Of a stretch of 64,000 nt of DNA, positions 63,988-64,000 are shown one piece after another. The stretch's first letter is position 1; each line of letters begins with the position of its first letter. The stretch is from a virus (lineage: Duplodnaviria > Heunggongvirae > Uroviricota > Caudoviricetes). The DNA is taken from IMG/VR virus record IMGVR_UViG_3300025073_000001; one strand, given 5' to 3'. The notes under the pieces were generated by a model, which was not told where the DNA came from, made no database searches, and worked only from the letters and a program-made list of their open reading frames with translations. The position numbers and the translations under genes are program-made.

Positions 63988-64000
63988 TTTTGTCCAATTT

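Noticed and set aside
1-64000. CRISPR array, tRNA or rRNA genes
   Set aside because: No regularly spaced direct repeats or cloverleaf/rRNA-like sequence seen; intergenic gaps are short. A tRNAscan/Infernal run would be needed to exclude them formally.
1-64000. Stop-codon recoding (alternative genetic code)
   Set aside because: Core genes are full length under the standard code and coding density is high.

Overview
Core structural and replication region of a large, AT-rich, T4-like dsDNA phage, probably infecting Bacteroidota. The host call rests on several TTTG-N19-21-TAnnTTTG promoters. All credible phage genes lie on the minus strand: head module (major capsid, scaffold, prohead protease, portal, large terminase) with a ribosomal protein bS21 gene inside it, PhoH, primase, Nudix, SLOG, an HD-domain protein, many Ser/Gly/Thr-rich tail or baseplate proteins and several free-standing endonucleases. 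Five things stand out. (1) An sbcD-sbcC fusion gene is fractured by an atypically split intein (29-aa IntN, about 123-aa IntC), with an endonuclease gene between the halves. (2) An intact 5,715-bp IS1595-family transposon (25-bp perfect TIRs, 8-bp TSD) carries a single-chain type IIG R-M gene and interrupts a small phage gene. (3) Phage bS21 co-occurs with strong Shine-Dalgarno use on late genes, which suggests a ribosome-switch strategy in a host phylum that normally avoids SD. (4) About 15 small genes, plus two apparent polyproteins, share N-terminal leaders ending in (I/L)xE, the T4 gp21 cleavage consensus, which suggests a set of capsid-packaged effectors. (5) A solo TnpB with a rearranged RuvC-II site, a 3' hairpin array and its own putative late promoter sits in the head operon. 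I saw no tRNA, rRNA or CRISPR array. All product calls come from reading motifs by eye; no database searches were run.
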